DNA of 64,000 nt from Acidimicrobiaceae bacterium (GCA_003155915.1 PMFA01000029.1:2717-66716); one strand, 5' to 3'; shown: positions 37,702-48,253, counted from the stretch's first letter. A program made the numbers and translations. Notes: generated by a model not told the origin, from the letters alone.

Positions 37702-38982
37702 GTGGTGGTCGCCTCGGTTCACACCTTTTTCCACGGCGTCGGCGACGGGCTGCGCGAGGCCCTGGCGATGCTGTGGATCACGTGGTGGCCGCTGGTCCTC
37801 GGATTCACGTTGTCCGGTTTCGTCCAGAGCCTGCTCCCGCGCGACGGCCTACGCGCCCAACTCGGACGGACTACCGCCGCGTCCGTGGCGAAGGCCTCGG
37901 TGCTCGGCGTCATCTCGTCGTCGTGCAGTTACGCCGCCAGTGCGATGTCGCGCGCGCTCTTCGCGCGCGGCGCGTCGTGGACGAATTCGATCATCTTCAT
38001 GATCGCGTCGACGAACCTGGTGATCGAACTGGGCATCGTCTTGTACCTGTTGCTCGGGTGGCAGTTCGTCGTGGCGCAGTTCGTCGGCGGCGCGCTCATG
38101 ATCGCGGCGCTGTCGTTCACCACGCACTACGTCTTCTCGCGGCGCTACCAAGACGCGATGCGCGAGCGGGTGTTGCGAGACTCGCCGCCCGCGATGAGCT
38201 CGCTCACCCAGACCTGGCGCGAACGGGCGCGCGATAAGGAGAACTACCGACTCGCCGCGCGCTTCACCATTGGGGATCTCACGATGCTGCGTAAGGAACT
38301 GCTCGCCGGCTTCGTCGTGGCCGGCTTCCTGATGTCCGACGTCCCGAATCGCTGGTGGTCGCATCTGTTCGTCAGTGGTCACGGAATCTGGACGGTACTG
38401 GAGAACGTCGCGATCGCTCCCGTACTGGCCGTCATCTCCTTCGTCTGTTCGGTCGGCAACATCCCTCTCGCCGCCGCGCTCTGGGCGCACGGCGTCGCCT
38501 TCGGCGGCGTGATCAGTTTCATCTTCGCCGACCTCGTGACGCTGCCCCTGCTGTTCATCTACCGACGTTTCTACGGCACGAGGGCCGCGCTTCGACTCTT
38601 CGGCCTCTTTTGGTTCGTGATGAGCGCGAGCGGGCTCGTCGTCGACCGGCTCTTTCATCTCGCGTCGTTGGTGCCCAGTTCGCACCACACCCGCTTCGCG
38701 AGCGGCAACTTCGCGCTCGGTTGGACCCTGGCGCTCAACATCGTCGCGACCGGCGTGCTGGTGACGCTCTGGTTCTTGGCGCGCAACAGTCGTCATTCGA
38801 CGTCAGTCGCCACCGATCCCATCTGCGGCATGGCGGTCAACACTTCGGCGCCGGGCGCCACGCGTCACCTCGAGCACGTCGACTACTACTTCTGTTCGCC
38901 CCGGTGTGCCGAACGCTTCGATCAGCGCCAACGCACCGGCGTCATTGACGACGTCGCGGGCGACGCCATGGATTCGCACTGA
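37702..38982 (+). CDS. multi-pass permease (DUF318/ArsP-like) fused to a C-terminal YHS/TRASH metal-binding domain
   Basis: 426-aa ORF with many TM helices. C-terminal DPICGMAVNTSAPGATRHLEHVDYYFCSPRCAERF is a YHS-type motif. The start is uncertain (GTG directly after the mmsA stop). Confidence 0.7.
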   Translation: MVVASVHTFFHGVGDGLREALAMLWITWWPLVLGFTLSGFVQSLLPRDGLRAQLGRTTAASVAKASVLGVISSSCSYAASAMSRALFARGASWTNSIIFMIASTNLVIELGIVLYLLLGWQFVVAQFVGGALMIAALSFTTHYVFSRRYQDAMRERVLRDSPPAMSSLTQTWRERARDKENYRLAARFTIGDLTMLRKELLAGFVVAGFLMSDVPNRWWSHLFVSGHGIWTVLENVAIAPVLAVISFVCSVGNIPLAAALWAHGVAFGGVISFIFADLVTLPLLFIYRRFYGTRAALRLFGLFWFVMSASGLVVDRLFHLASLVPSSHHTRFASGNFALGWTLALNIVATGVLVTLWFLARNSRHSTSVATDPICGMAVNTSAPGATRHLEHVDYYFCSPRCAERFDQRQRTGVIDDVAGDAMDSH

Positions 38983-39131
38983 ATACGGCGCGACGCTCGG
39001 CGGTTCTCGCCCAACGGAGCCCCCAGGAACGGCGTCGCCTACTATTTCTCCAGCGAAGGCGGTCGCTGTGTTCCTCTCGGGAGCGAGTTCAGCGACGCCG
39101 GGCATCACACAGTCAGGACGTCAAGGTATTC

Positions 39132-39551
39132 ATGAGTAAGCAGCACACCAGTGTCCGGTCCTACGGCGTCCTCATCGACGCCACTCGGGTCGCGCTCGTT
39201 CGTTCCTCCAATCCTCGCCACACCCCGCCCCTGTGGTGGCTGCCCGGCGGCGGCATCGACTTTGGTGAGGCGCCGGAAGACACGTTGATTCGTGAGTTCC
39301 GTGAAGAGACGGGCCTCGAGGTCCAGCATCCGGTCCTGCTCGGCGTGACCAGCGACGTGCGCCGTCGCGACAACGGCGACAAGATCCACACGGTGCGCAT
39401 CCTGTTCACCGTCGAATTGGCCGGCGGTGAACTCCACCACGAGGTCCACGGCACGACCGACCACGCGGCGTGGTTCGAACTTCGCGACCTCGAGAGTATG
39501 AACATCGCCGAATACGCGCAGGCGGCGATCGCCGCGGCTCAGGGGAAGTAG
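39132..39551 (+). CDS. NUDIX hydrolase
   Basis: Nudix box GGGIDFGEAPEDTLIREFREETGL. Confidence 0.85.
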   Translation: MSKQHTSVRSYGVLIDATRVALVRSSNPRHTPPLWWLPGGGIDFGEAPEDTLIREFREETGLEVQHPVLLGVTSDVRRRDNGDKIHTVRILFTVELAGGELHHEVHGTTDHAAWFELRDLESMNIAEYAQAAIAAAQGK

Positions 39552-41275
39552 ATCCCCGGCATCTCGCGCTTGACGAATTTTCCCGCGGCGTTTCGCGGCA
39601 GCGGCGAGCTCGTGATCGAGACGCGAGTCGGGACCTTGAAGTTCGCCAGTCGCGTCTGAAGGTGGACCCGCAACTCGTCCTCACTGAGGTGCTCGCCCGG
39701 CTTCAACATCACGGCGCACGCGACGACCTCACCGAGGCGCTCGTCCGGTAGTCCGAAGACCGCGGCCTCGTAGACCGCGGGGTGCTCGTAGATCGCGGCC
39801 TCGACCTCGGCGGAGTAGACGTTCTCCCCCGCGCGAAGGATCATGTCCTTCACGCGGTCCTCCACGAAGAGGTACCCGTCGTCGTCGATATGACCGAGGT
39901 CGCCCGATCGCAGCCACCCGTCAACGATGGTCTCGGTCGTCGCCTCGGGCTGTCGCCAGTAGCCCCGAATGAGCGTCGGCGATTTCATCCAAATTTCGCC
40001 GTTCTCATTCGGGCCCAGGGTGCGCATCGCTTCATCGCGGATTTCGACCTCCATGACCAGCGTCGGGACCGGTCCCGTCGAATTGGGATGGGAGACGGAG
40101 TCGTCGCCTTCGATACGCGGACCGTAGGCGTTGGTCTCGGTCATGCCGTAGCCGAGGCCCGAACGACCATTCTTGAATGAGTTGTTGATCCGGTTGATCA
40201 GGGTCGGTGGCGCCGGCGCGCCGCCGCCGCCGACCGAGGTCAACGACGACGTGTCGTAGTCCGAGAACTGCTGTGACTCGACAAGGTCCCAGGACTGCGT
40301 CGGCACGCCCACGAAGGTCGTCACCTTGTGACGCTCGATGAGCTGTAACGCTCGTTCCGGATCCCAGCGGTACATCATCACCAGTTTCAGGTGAACGCTG
40401 AAGCACGACATCATGACCGGGATGCACCCCGTCACGTGGAAGAGCGGGACGATCAAGATGAAACACGGCGGCAGGGCGCTCGTCGGTTCGTCGGGCCCAC
40501 GGCGCACCGCGGCCACGGCCACGCCCGAGGAGAAGGCGTAGACCGTTTGCGCGATAGTGCCGTGCGTCGAGACCGCGCCCTTGGGATAGCCGGTCGTGCC
40601 CGAGGTGTAGAGGATCGTCGCGTCCATGTCCGCGCTGAGTTCGACTTCCGGCATCGCGACCCCGCGTACGACCACGTCGTGCCAGTGTTCAACGTTCGGC
40701 GCCAGCGGCGCGAGCTTGTCCAGGCGCACGCCGAGCATTCGAACGTTGGCTCGCTGACACGCGTCGGCGCCGCGTTCGATTCGCTCGGTGTCGCCGATGA
40801 GGACCGACAGTTGTGCGTCGTTGATGGCGTACTCCAACTCTTGGCCGGTCCACCAGGCGTTCATCGAGACCGAGATCGCCCCGATCGAAAGGATCGCGGC
40901 GAACGAGATGATCCACTCCGGATAGTTGCGCATGGCGATGCCGACGCGGTCGCCCGGTTTGACGCCGTAGTGGTGAACGAGCGCGTGACTGAGGGCGTCG
41001 ACCTCTTCCATCACCTCGGCGAACGTCCAGTCCTCGTCTTCGTACACGATGAACGTCTCATCGATGCCGCGCGCCGTCTCGAACAACTGACGCAGGTCAG
41101 ACGGTGCGTTCTTGAAGGTCCGATTCGTGACGCCGTCACGTTCGACGTCGATCACTTCGAACGGACTGCCGGGTCCACCCACCACGGCGTTCGCCTCTTG
41201 AAAGCTCAGTCCCACCGGACCCTCCTTAGTGTTGCCAAATACTAGGCAACGAAGGGACGGAGATTGTGACAGCAC
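39539..41275 (-). CDS. AMP-dependent acyl-CoA synthetase/ligase
   Basis: ANL superfamily motifs LYTSGTTGYPKGA and GYGMTE, with C-terminal PRNAAGKFVKRE. The exact start is uncertain. Confidence 0.88.
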   Translation of the reverse strand: MLSQSPSLRCLVFGNTKEGPVGLSFQEANAVVGGPGSPFEVIDVERDGVTNRTFKNAPSDLRQLFETARGIDETFIVYEDEDWTFAEVMEEVDALSHALVHHYGVKPGDRVGIAMRNYPEWIISFAAILSIGAISVSMNAWWTGQELEYAINDAQLSVLIGDTERIERGADACQRANVRMLGVRLDKLAPLAPNVEHWHDVVVRGVAMPEVELSADMDATILYTSGTTGYPKGAVSTHGTIAQTVYAFSSGVAVAAVRRGPDEPTSALPPCFILIVPLFHVTGCIPVMMSCFSVHLKLVMMYRWDPERALQLIERHKVTTFVGVPTQSWDLVESQQFSDYDTSSLTSVGGGGAPAPPTLINRINNSFKNGRSGLGYGMTETNAYGPRIEGDDSVSHPNSTGPVPTLVMEVEIRDEAMRTLGPNENGEIWMKSPTLIRGYWRQPEATTETIVDGWLRSGDLGHIDDDGYLFVEDRVKDMILRAGENVYSAEVEAAIYEHPAVYEAAVFGLPDERLGEVVACAVMLKPGEHLSEDELRVHLQTRLANFKVPTRVSITSSPLPRNAAGKFVKREMPGIYFP

Positions 41276-41318
41276 GAAGAGGCATTATCGGCTGAAGTGA
41301 CGCGAGCAACGTGGCGAA

Positions 41319-42245
41319 TTAGGCGAGGAGCGCGGCCGCGGCGGCCTTCTGCGTCAACCGCTCGACGCCCTCGCCGAGTTTGGCGACGAATTCACTGAGA
41401 TCCTGTCGGGCCTTCTCCGCTTCGGCACTGAGACCGGCCAAGTGATCGACGTCCCAGAGACCGAGCACTGGATCGACCACGTCGCGCAAGAACTGCTTGA
41501 GGCCGTAAATACCTTCGCGCGCGATGCGCACGGCGTGTCGAGTGAAGTTCGGGATTCCGGTACCGGGCATCGCGAAGTCGCGCACCTGCTTGGCAACCGC
41601 GATCATCATGGTGGAGGGGTCGATGGCGAAGGCCGCGAGCGTGAGGTCGCGGTAGAAGAGGTAGTGCTTGGTCTCGTCGCCGGCGATGAGGCCCAACACG
41701 TTTCGACCGATCTTGTCGTCCTTGGGCAGCTTCGCCCCGGTGTTGCGGTGCGCGATCTGTGTCGCGCGTTCCTGGAACGACACGTAGGCGATCAACTCGG
41801 CCATGTCGTTGGGTTGGGGTACCTGGCCCTTTTTCATCTGCACGCGACGACCGTCTTCGAGCAGGGTCGGGTCAATGCAACGACTGACGTGCACCCAGTC
41901 ACGCATGACCATGGCGTGGCGGTTCTCCTCCATCGTCCACTGATGATTCCAGTCGACGATGGGGTGATCCTTGGGGGCGTGACTGAGCAGGGTATGGGTG
42001 TAGTACGGCAGGTTGTCCTCAGTGAGCAGGTTCACGTAGATCGAACTACGCACACCCTCATTGAGTGGATACTGCGACGGCTCCCACGGCACGTCCGCGA
42101 AGTTTTCGCCCTCGCCCCAATTGATCTGCTCGTGTGGATACCAGAGGCGCGGTGCCTCAAGGTGTCGGTTATAGAGGCGCTCGACGTCGGGCGCAATTTC
42201 ACAGAGGAGATCGGTACGGCTTTTCGGGGAACTCTTAAGGACCAT
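41319..42245 (-). CDS. soluble acyl-ACP desaturase (DesA-like di-iron enzyme)
   Basis: Di-iron ligand motifs EENRH (WTMEENRHAMV) and DETKH (GDETKHYLFY). Confidence 0.85.
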   Translation of the reverse strand: MVLKSSPKSRTDLLCEIAPDVERLYNRHLEAPRLWYPHEQINWGEGENFADVPWEPSQYPLNEGVRSSIYVNLLTEDNLPYYTHTLLSHAPKDHPIVDWNHQWTMEENRHAMVMRDWVHVSRCIDPTLLEDGRRVQMKKGQVPQPNDMAELIAYVSFQERATQIAHRNTGAKLPKDDKIGRNVLGLIAGDETKHYLFYRDLTLAAFAIDPSTMMIAVAKQVRDFAMPGTGIPNFTRHAVRIAREGIYGLKQFLRDVVDPVLGLWDVDHLAGLSAEAEKARQDLSEFVAKLGEGVERLTQKAAAAALLA

Positions 42246-42366
42246 CGACTGCCTTCCACTCGCGCGACGAGGTGAGTTGTGTCTTCAAGCGTAATACTCC
42301 ACGCCATATGACAATCTATTAACTTGTGATTCGCTGCACAAGACGCTGACGTAGTCTGGCGGTTTC

Positions 42367-43650
42367 ATGAAACTCATCGAGACGCTCGTTCCTGCCGATT
42401 TTCGCAGCTCTATCACCGGCCCACTGCGCCGGTACTTCACCGGCACGTTCGTTTCGTGCATGGGTCAAGGTCTGACGCTCTCGCTCTTCGTGGTCTACCT
42501 GCACAACGTGCGCGGCTTCTCCACGGACTTCGCCACGCTCCTACTCTCCGCCGCCGCGCTCGTCGGCATCGGTAGCAGCCCCGTTTGGGGATCGCTCACC
42601 GACCGATTCGGCCCGATCCGCGTGATCATGGTCGCGGTCATCGCCGACGCCGCGTCGCTGATTCTCTGGGCGCACGCGCATACCGAATCCCGAGCCACCG
42701 TGGCGGCGCTGTTGCTCGCGCTCTTCGGCGGCGCCGGCTGGGGGCCGAGCAGCACGTTGCTCTCTCGAATCGTGCCGTCCGAACATCGCCAGCGGGCTTT
42801 CGGTTTCAACTTCATGTTGGTGAATCTCGGCATCGGATTCGGCGGTCTCGTCTCGGCGAGCATCGTCGACCTCCATCACCCGGAGTCCTTCGTCATCCTC
42901 TACACCTTCAACGCGGGCATCACTCTGATGGGCGGTTTGATCGTCCTTTCGCTTTGGCGCTACGGGGGTCCGATCAAAGAACTCCGAGATGACGCGACAC
43001 TGAAGGCCGAGGGTTGGGGCGAGGTGCTGCGTGATCGTCGCCTGCGACGCTACGTGCTCGCGGCCGTCGTCTTGATGATCGGCGGCTACGGCTCCCAGGA
43101 AGCGGGCTTCAGTCTGTTCGTGGTGAACAACTTGAAACTGCCGATTCACGTGATCGGCATCATCTTCTTCTTCAATACCACCACCATCGTCTGCTCTCAA
43201 CTCTGGGTCTTGAATAAGATTGAGGGCAAGAGCCGCACGAAGGTCATGGCGACGGTCGCACTCTTCTGGCTCGTCTTCTGGGTGATCCTCGACGCCGCGC
43301 TCGCGCTCCCGAAGGTGCTCGCGATCGTGTCACTGTGTGCCGCGATGGTGATCTTCGCCCTCGGCGAGACGATGCTCTCGCCGGTGGGACCAGCGCTCGT
43401 GAATGAGATCGCCCCGGAACACCTGCGGGGCCGCTACAACGCGGCCGCCGGTCTGGCCTGGGGCGTCTCGGGCACGCTCGCCCCGGCGATCACGGCGCTC
43501 TATTTCAACGATCACCTCGGCGACTGGTGGCCCCTGGGTACTGGCGTCACGGCGCTGGTGGGCGGAGCGCTCATGCTGCGGCTTAAACACCTCTTGAGTG
43601 CCAGCGAAGACGGGCGCGAGCCCCACCCCTCTCACCACGTCGTCGAGTAG
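42367..43650 (+). CDS. MFS transporter
   Basis: 427 aa with about 12 TM helices and an MFS-like loop motif (GSLTDRFGPIR). Confidence 0.85.
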   Translation: MKLIETLVPADFRSSITGPLRRYFTGTFVSCMGQGLTLSLFVVYLHNVRGFSTDFATLLLSAAALVGIGSSPVWGSLTDRFGPIRVIMVAVIADAASLILWAHAHTESRATVAALLLALFGGAGWGPSSTLLSRIVPSEHRQRAFGFNFMLVNLGIGFGGLVSASIVDLHHPESFVILYTFNAGITLMGGLIVLSLWRYGGPIKELRDDATLKAEGWGEVLRDRRLRRYVLAAVVLMIGGYGSQEAGFSLFVVNNLKLPIHVIGIIFFFNTTTIVCSQLWVLNKIEGKSRTKVMATVALFWLVFWVILDAALALPKVLAIVSLCAAMVIFALGETMLSPVGPALVNEIAPEHLRGRYNAAAGLAWGVSGTLAPAITALYFNDHLGDWWPLGTGVTALVGGALMLRLKHLLSASEDGREPHPSHHVVE

Positions 43651-43655
43651 CCGCC

Positions 43656-44666
43656 GTGCACTTCACGCGCATCGACGCGAACAGCGACGAGAAGTTCGAC
43701 GCGTGGTTCGGTGTGCTCCAGCGCTCCGAGCGGAGCCGAGACGGTGAGTCCGGGCAGGGTTGGCACCCCGATGAGTGGCGCGCTCGGTCGATCGACGAAA
43801 CGGCACCGAGGGTCTTTCACCTCTACTCCTACGGCCCCACGGCGGAGCGACCGGTCGCGGTCGGCGCCCTCGAAGTCACCCGCGACGACAATCTCGCTTT
43901 CATCGAAGGGAACCTCTTCGTCGATCCCGCCGAACGGCGCCGCGGTTACGGCTCGACGCTCCTTCAAGAGCTCGAAGCCGCCGCGCGCGATCTCAGACGC
44001 CCGACGCTGGTCATCTTCGTGATCGAAGGTTCGCGCGAGATCGGCTCGGGTCCCAACCGCTCCTTCGCCGCCGGTCACGGATACCGCATCGCCGAGGAGC
44101 ACGTGCGTCGCGACCTCGAATGGCCCCGCCCGAGCGGCGAGCTCGATCACCTCTGGGAAACGTGGAGTCCATTCGCCACGGACTACGAGATCATCTCGTG
44201 GACCGACGGCACGCCCGAAGAGCTCGTCGAGGCACGGGCGCACCTTTCGGCGATCATGCCGACCGAGGCGCCGCACGTCGACATCGACGTCGAGGCCGAA
44301 CACTGGGACGCCGCGCGGGTGCGCCTCCACGAGGCGACCACGCACCGGATGGGTCGCGACCTACTCGTCGCGGCGGCCCGGCATCGAGCGAGCGGCGAAC
44401 TCGTGGGCTACAGCGAACTGACCGTGTCGCGCGATCAGCCCCAAACGGCCTATCAGTGGGACACGCTGGTCGTTCGTCGCCACCGGGGTCACCGACTCGG
44501 CGGTCTCTTGAAAGTGGCGACCATGCGACTACTCGAGTCCGGGCAGTACCCGACGAGAAAGATCACGACGTTCAACTCGATGCTGAACGAGCCAATGATC
44601 GCGGTGAACGAGGCGCTCGGGGCTCGTGTCGCCGGCGCCATGGTGGCGTGGCGCAAGGACCTCTAG
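43656..44666 (+). CDS. GNAT family N-acetyltransferase (two GNAT-like halves)
   Basis: RRRGYGSTLL and RRHRGHRLGGLL acetyl-CoA-binding (R/Q-x-x-G-x-G/A) motifs, one in each half. Confidence 0.7.
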   Translation: MHFTRIDANSDEKFDAWFGVLQRSERSRDGESGQGWHPDEWRARSIDETAPRVFHLYSYGPTAERPVAVGALEVTRDDNLAFIEGNLFVDPAERRRGYGSTLLQELEAAARDLRRPTLVIFVIEGSREIGSGPNRSFAAGHGYRIAEEHVRRDLEWPRPSGELDHLWETWSPFATDYEIISWTDGTPEELVEARAHLSAIMPTEAPHVDIDVEAEHWDAARVRLHEATTHRMGRDLLVAAARHRASGELVGYSELTVSRDQPQTAYQWDTLVVRRHRGHRLGGLLKVATMRLLESGQYPTRKITTFNSMLNEPMIAVNEALGARVAGAMVAWRKDL

Positions 44667-45475
44667 GGCTTGACCTTCCTCGGGCCTTCGACGATCATCT
44701 CGCGCACCTCGGAGAAATTCATGTTGTACGGACCGATCCAGCTCAAGAACCAGTCGACCCCGGCCCTCGCCCACGGTGAGGGATCGTCGCCGATGAAGCC
44801 ACTGACGACAACGTCGAAGTGTTCGAGATCGGCGCCGTCCTCACTCAGTCGCTGACGCAACGCGACGACATCGTTGGGGTCCTTCATTTGAATCACGAAG
44901 ACGCCACCGAAGCGCGCGGCGCGACGGATGGGCGCGCGATTCGGCCAGCGCGCGGCGAGCCATATCGGAATACCGCTCTCGCGTGCGGCCGTCGGCTGAA
45001 ACGTCACGTCATTCGCTTGGTAGGTCTCACCCCAGTGGTTGACCGGGCCACCGGACAGCAGTCCCGTCAAGACCTCGAGTCCTTCGCTCAGCATTCGACC
45101 GCGTACCTTCGCGTCAGTGGCTTCGCCAAACTTTGAGAGTTCACCGGATTCACCGTCGTCACCGATGCCGAATCCGAGGATCAAGCGTCCGTTCGAGAGA
45201 AGGTCGAGTGTCACGGCCTGGCGAGCTACGACCTGGGGCCGACGGCGATTGAGCGGCGTGACCATCGCACCGAGTTGGATGCTCGACGTTCCGGTCGCGA
45301 TGGCGGCGAGCGAAATGTACGGGTCGAGGATCTTGGTGACTCCTCCGGCGTACAGCAGGTGGTCCCAGAGGAAGATGCCGTCCCAGCCAGCCGCTTCGGC
45401 CATTTGGGCCAATTCGACGAGCCGATGGGGATCGGCCACGCCGTCAAAGGGAGGGAAAAATAGGCCTTGGCGCAC
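44663..45475 (-). CDS. LLM-class flavin/F420-dependent oxidoreductase
   Basis: Luciferase-like TIM barrel features (WDGIFLWDHL, GRLILGFGIG). Confidence 0.72.
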   Translation of the reverse strand: MRQGLFFPPFDGVADPHRLVELAQMAEAAGWDGIFLWDHLLYAGGVTKILDPYISLAAIATGTSSIQLGAMVTPLNRRRPQVVARQAVTLDLLSNGRLILGFGIGDDGESGELSKFGEATDAKVRGRMLSEGLEVLTGLLSGGPVNHWGETYQANDVTFQPTAARESGIPIWLAARWPNRAPIRRAARFGGVFVIQMKDPNDVVALRQRLSEDGADLEHFDVVVSGFIGDDPSPWARAGVDWFLSWIGPYNMNFSEVREMIVEGPRKVKP

Positions 45476-45528
45476 GATAAGTCACTACTCCGAACTGAGT
45501 CGATTGTCGAGCGTTTCGAAACGGGCGA

Positions 45529-45963
45529 CTATCGCGACTTCTTGTTCTCCCACGGCACTTTCTCACCGGACGCCTTGAAGAGGCGGTACGACAAAACGGC
45601 CTGAACGACGCCCGCGATGATCGTCAGGTACATGCCGTACTGGGGGCCGTAGCCGAAGCCCTTGGGAATCGTCAGCCACCGTAGAAGGACGATGAGCGTG
45701 CCGATTGCTGAGAGTCCGAGCACGGTGACGCCCGGTCCGTAGGAATTCTTCGGCATGTTCGAGCCGGATCGCAGCATCACGAGATATACCGCGGCGGCAA
45801 TGATCAGGATTGCGCCGATCCATCCGTAACTCGTACTAAAGCCACTTACCGAAAATGGTCCGGCACCCCACCACGGCAAGAACAGGCAAATGAGGGTCAA
45901 CGCTCCGGCACCGGCAACGATGCGGTCGGACGTGTCAAGTTTCTTCATATCGAATTGGGCCAT
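45529..45963 (-). CDS. small membrane protein, unknown function
   Basis: The ATG at 45963 is preceded by GGGGGAGCC. The product MAQFDMKKLDTSDRIVAGAGALTLICLFLPWWG... has about four TM helices. The upstream part of track ORF 45529..46113 is probably not translated. Confidence 0.55.
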   Translation of the reverse strand: MAQFDMKKLDTSDRIVAGAGALTLICLFLPWWGAGPFSVSGFSTSYGWIGAILIIAAAVYLVMLRSGSNMPKNSYGPGVTVLGLSAIGTLIVLLRWLTIPKGFGYGPQYGMYLTIIAGVVQAVLSYRLFKASGEKVPWENKKSR

Positions 45964-46106
45964 TGGCTCCCCCTGCTTTTGAGTGTTCTTATAGATATCA
46001 CAATGGACAGGTCGCTGCACGATATTTGAATGCACCTCGCTCGCGCGAGTACCACGTGCGTGACGCGAGTGTGAAAAAGTGAACATTTTCGACGATCCAT
46101 CACGGA

Positions 46107-46559
46107 ATGCCACGTAGTCGGGCGATAGTTACACTCAACGTCGTGACCGCCGGCTACTCAGGGACACCCTTGGCCAAGAAGTTGGGCGTAAAAGAGGGCC
46201 ATCGGGTGACGTTGATCGACGCTCCTCATGACTGGGCGATCGGCGACCTCCCATCCAGCGTGCGACTCCTTCGTCGAAGTGGTACTACGACGTCGGACGT
46301 GGTCATCGCGTTCATCAACGACGCCGCGTCGTTAGACCGCGAGATCGAGTCGCTTGCCAACACGATCACACCGGACGGATCACTGTGGATCGCATGGCCC
46401 CGCAAAGCTGCGGGTCATCGCTCGGACATCACTGACAACATCGTTCGAAATACGGTACTGCCTCTCGGTCTCGTCGACGTGAAGGTCGCGGCGTTAGACG
46501 ACGACTGGTCAGCCCTCAAGATGGTGTGGCGCAAGGAGTTACGCGCGACACGCCGGTAA
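46107..46559 (+). CDS. DUF3052 domain-containing protein
   Basis: Contains AGYSGTPLAKKLGVKEGHRV, characteristic of DUF3052. The true start is possibly the GTG at 46143. Confidence 0.7.
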   Translation: MPRSRAIVTLNVVTAGYSGTPLAKKLGVKEGHRVTLIDAPHDWAIGDLPSSVRLLRRSGTTTSDVVIAFINDAASLDREIESLANTITPDGSLWIAWPRKAAGHRSDITDNIVRNTVLPLGLVDVKVAALDDDWSALKMVWRKELRATRR

Positions 46560-46588
46560 CCACTTCGGCGCTCACCGACGTGGGTCCC

Positions 46589-48253
46589 TTATGGCCCCTC
46601 GGTGCCGTTAGGGCCACACGAACGCGGATCCCACGGCTGCAACGCTTGCGTGACGTCGGTCGGTGCCGAGAGTTCAGTGTCGTGCTTGACGGCCGACGGA
46701 TCGACGACGGTTATCTGAGTGACCGGCTTTGTGGTCGTCGTCGTTGCCGTTGCGTGGCGCTTCTTCTTGAGCGTGGTGGTGGTCGTCGACGTTTTGTGCG
46801 GCGGAGCGAGAACGCTGACGTCCGAGCCAGTCAGCACCGTCACGTCGGCACCGGTGGTCGTTCGTCCGAGCGCCATCACCGCCGGTCCCTCGATCGTATG
46901 GAGAACAGCCTGCGCCGCGGCCAACGACGTCGCGGAGTTGTTGGCGTGATAGACCACGGTCTCTTCACGAACACCGAAGGGGGTCGCCGTTCCGACGCCG
47001 CGGATTACGAAGCCACGACGACGAAGACCGGCCGCGACGACGTGCTGCTGGTTGAGGACACCCGTTCCGTCCAACACTGAAACGGTGATGGTCGAGCTCG
47101 CGGGCAGTGGCTGGCCGTCCATCGTGTTGATATCTGGAGCGACGTTCAAGAATCGATCGACCGTCTGGGTGACACCGGGCTCGATCGGGAACTCGACGTC
47201 ACCGTAGTAATAGCCCTGGTAGAGGTAGCCGTTTGGTGTCTCGACGAGCACGACCGGCACCGTCAATTCCGGCACTGAGCCAACCGAGACGCCGTGGAAG
47301 TGTTCGGCGAGACTGAGTAGGGCGCTCGTGGTAAGTCCCTGATCAACCGTCAGATATCGGGCGACCGACGTCGCCAGACGTTGGTCGGTCAGTGGGTTCG
47401 CGATGCCCTTCGCCTTGACGGCGTCGGCCAAGACCTTCAAGAACTCGTGGTCGCGTCGAATGCGCGCGAGGTCCGACAGCGCCTCTTGAGGCCACGTGCG
47501 ATAGTCCGTGCCGTCGCCGGGAAAGCGTATCTGCAAATGGCGAGCCCGCACGACCTGCAGCGCGCGAGTTCCGTTGAGTTGGATACATCCGGGATGACGT
47601 ACGTACAAACCGGAGTAGGCGTCGAATACTTCCATCGGGAAGTACATCTTGATTCCGCCGAGCACGTTCACGACGTCGGCGAACGTGTCGAAATTCAATT
47701 CGACGTAGTGGTTGATCGGAATGCCGAAGTCCTCTTGGATCGCCGCGACGAGCTGCGAGGGTCCGTTGTAGAGGGCGGCGTCGATCTTATTCGCGCCGTC
47801 GATACGTGCGTTCGGGACGAACACGTCACGGGGCAACGACAGAATCGACACCTGGTTGGTCGTCAGATTGAGGTGCAGGATCATGACGACGTCGCTGTTG
47901 ACCCCGGTCACGCCCTGGGAACAGAGTCCGTACGCCTTGTTCTGTACCTTGAGACCACAACGAGTCGTTGAACCGACCAACAGGATGTTCTCGGTGTTGT
48001 GGTACGTCTGCTTGGTCTCGGAACCAACATTGACGTGATTGATCAAGTGGTTGATGTACCAATAATCACCGCCCACCGCCGCGATGATGATCACGACGAC
48101 AGTGGCGAGTGTGACGAGGATGATCTTTTTCGGTGAGCGCTTCGCCCTCTGGCGGTGACGCGGTCCGCCTTGACGCCCTTCGACGGCTTGGCCGAGCGAT
48201 TCGAGACCGGCTCGATTCGGTACGCGCGGCGCTGGAGTACCGGAATCCGACAT
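46589..48253 (-). CDS. LCP (LytR-CpsA-Psr) family cell-envelope phosphotransferase with LytR_C domain
   Basis: 554 aa with an N-terminal TM anchor (KIILVTLATVVVIIIAAVGG), an LCP core (NILLVGS...SLPRD...IN) and a Thr-rich C-terminal tail. Confidence 0.85.
   Translation of the reverse strand: MSDSGTPAPRVPNRAGLESLGQAVEGRQGGPRHRQRAKRSPKKIILVTLATVVVIIIAAVGGDYWYINHLINHVNVGSETKQTYHNTENILLVGSTTRCGLKVQNKAYGLCSQGVTGVNSDVVMILHLNLTTNQVSILSLPRDVFVPNARIDGANKIDAALYNGPSQLVAAIQEDFGIPINHYVELNFDTFADVVNVLGGIKMYFPMEVFDAYSGLYVRHPGCIQLNGTRALQVVRARHLQIRFPGDGTDYRTWPQEALSDLARIRRDHEFLKVLADAVKAKGIANPLTDQRLATSVARYLTVDQGLTTSALLSLAEHFHGVSVGSVPELTVPVVLVETPNGYLYQGYYYGDVEFPIEPGVTQTVDRFLNVAPDINTMDGQPLPASSTITVSVLDGTGVLNQQHVVAAGLRRRGFVIRGVGTATPFGVREETVVYHANNSATSLAAAQAVLHTIEGPAVMALGRTTTGADVTVLTGSDVSVLAPPHKTSTTTTTLKKKRHATATTTTTKPVTQITVVDPSAVKHDTELSAPTDVTQALQPWDPRSCGPNGTEGP

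Noticed and set aside
45512-45523. Perfect 12-bp palindrome CGTTTCGAAACG between the membrane-protein stop and the LLM oxidoreductase start.
   Set aside because: It is short, isolated and not repeated elsewhere in the window as far as I saw. It could be chance or a minor operator or hairpin, and is not enough to call a feature.
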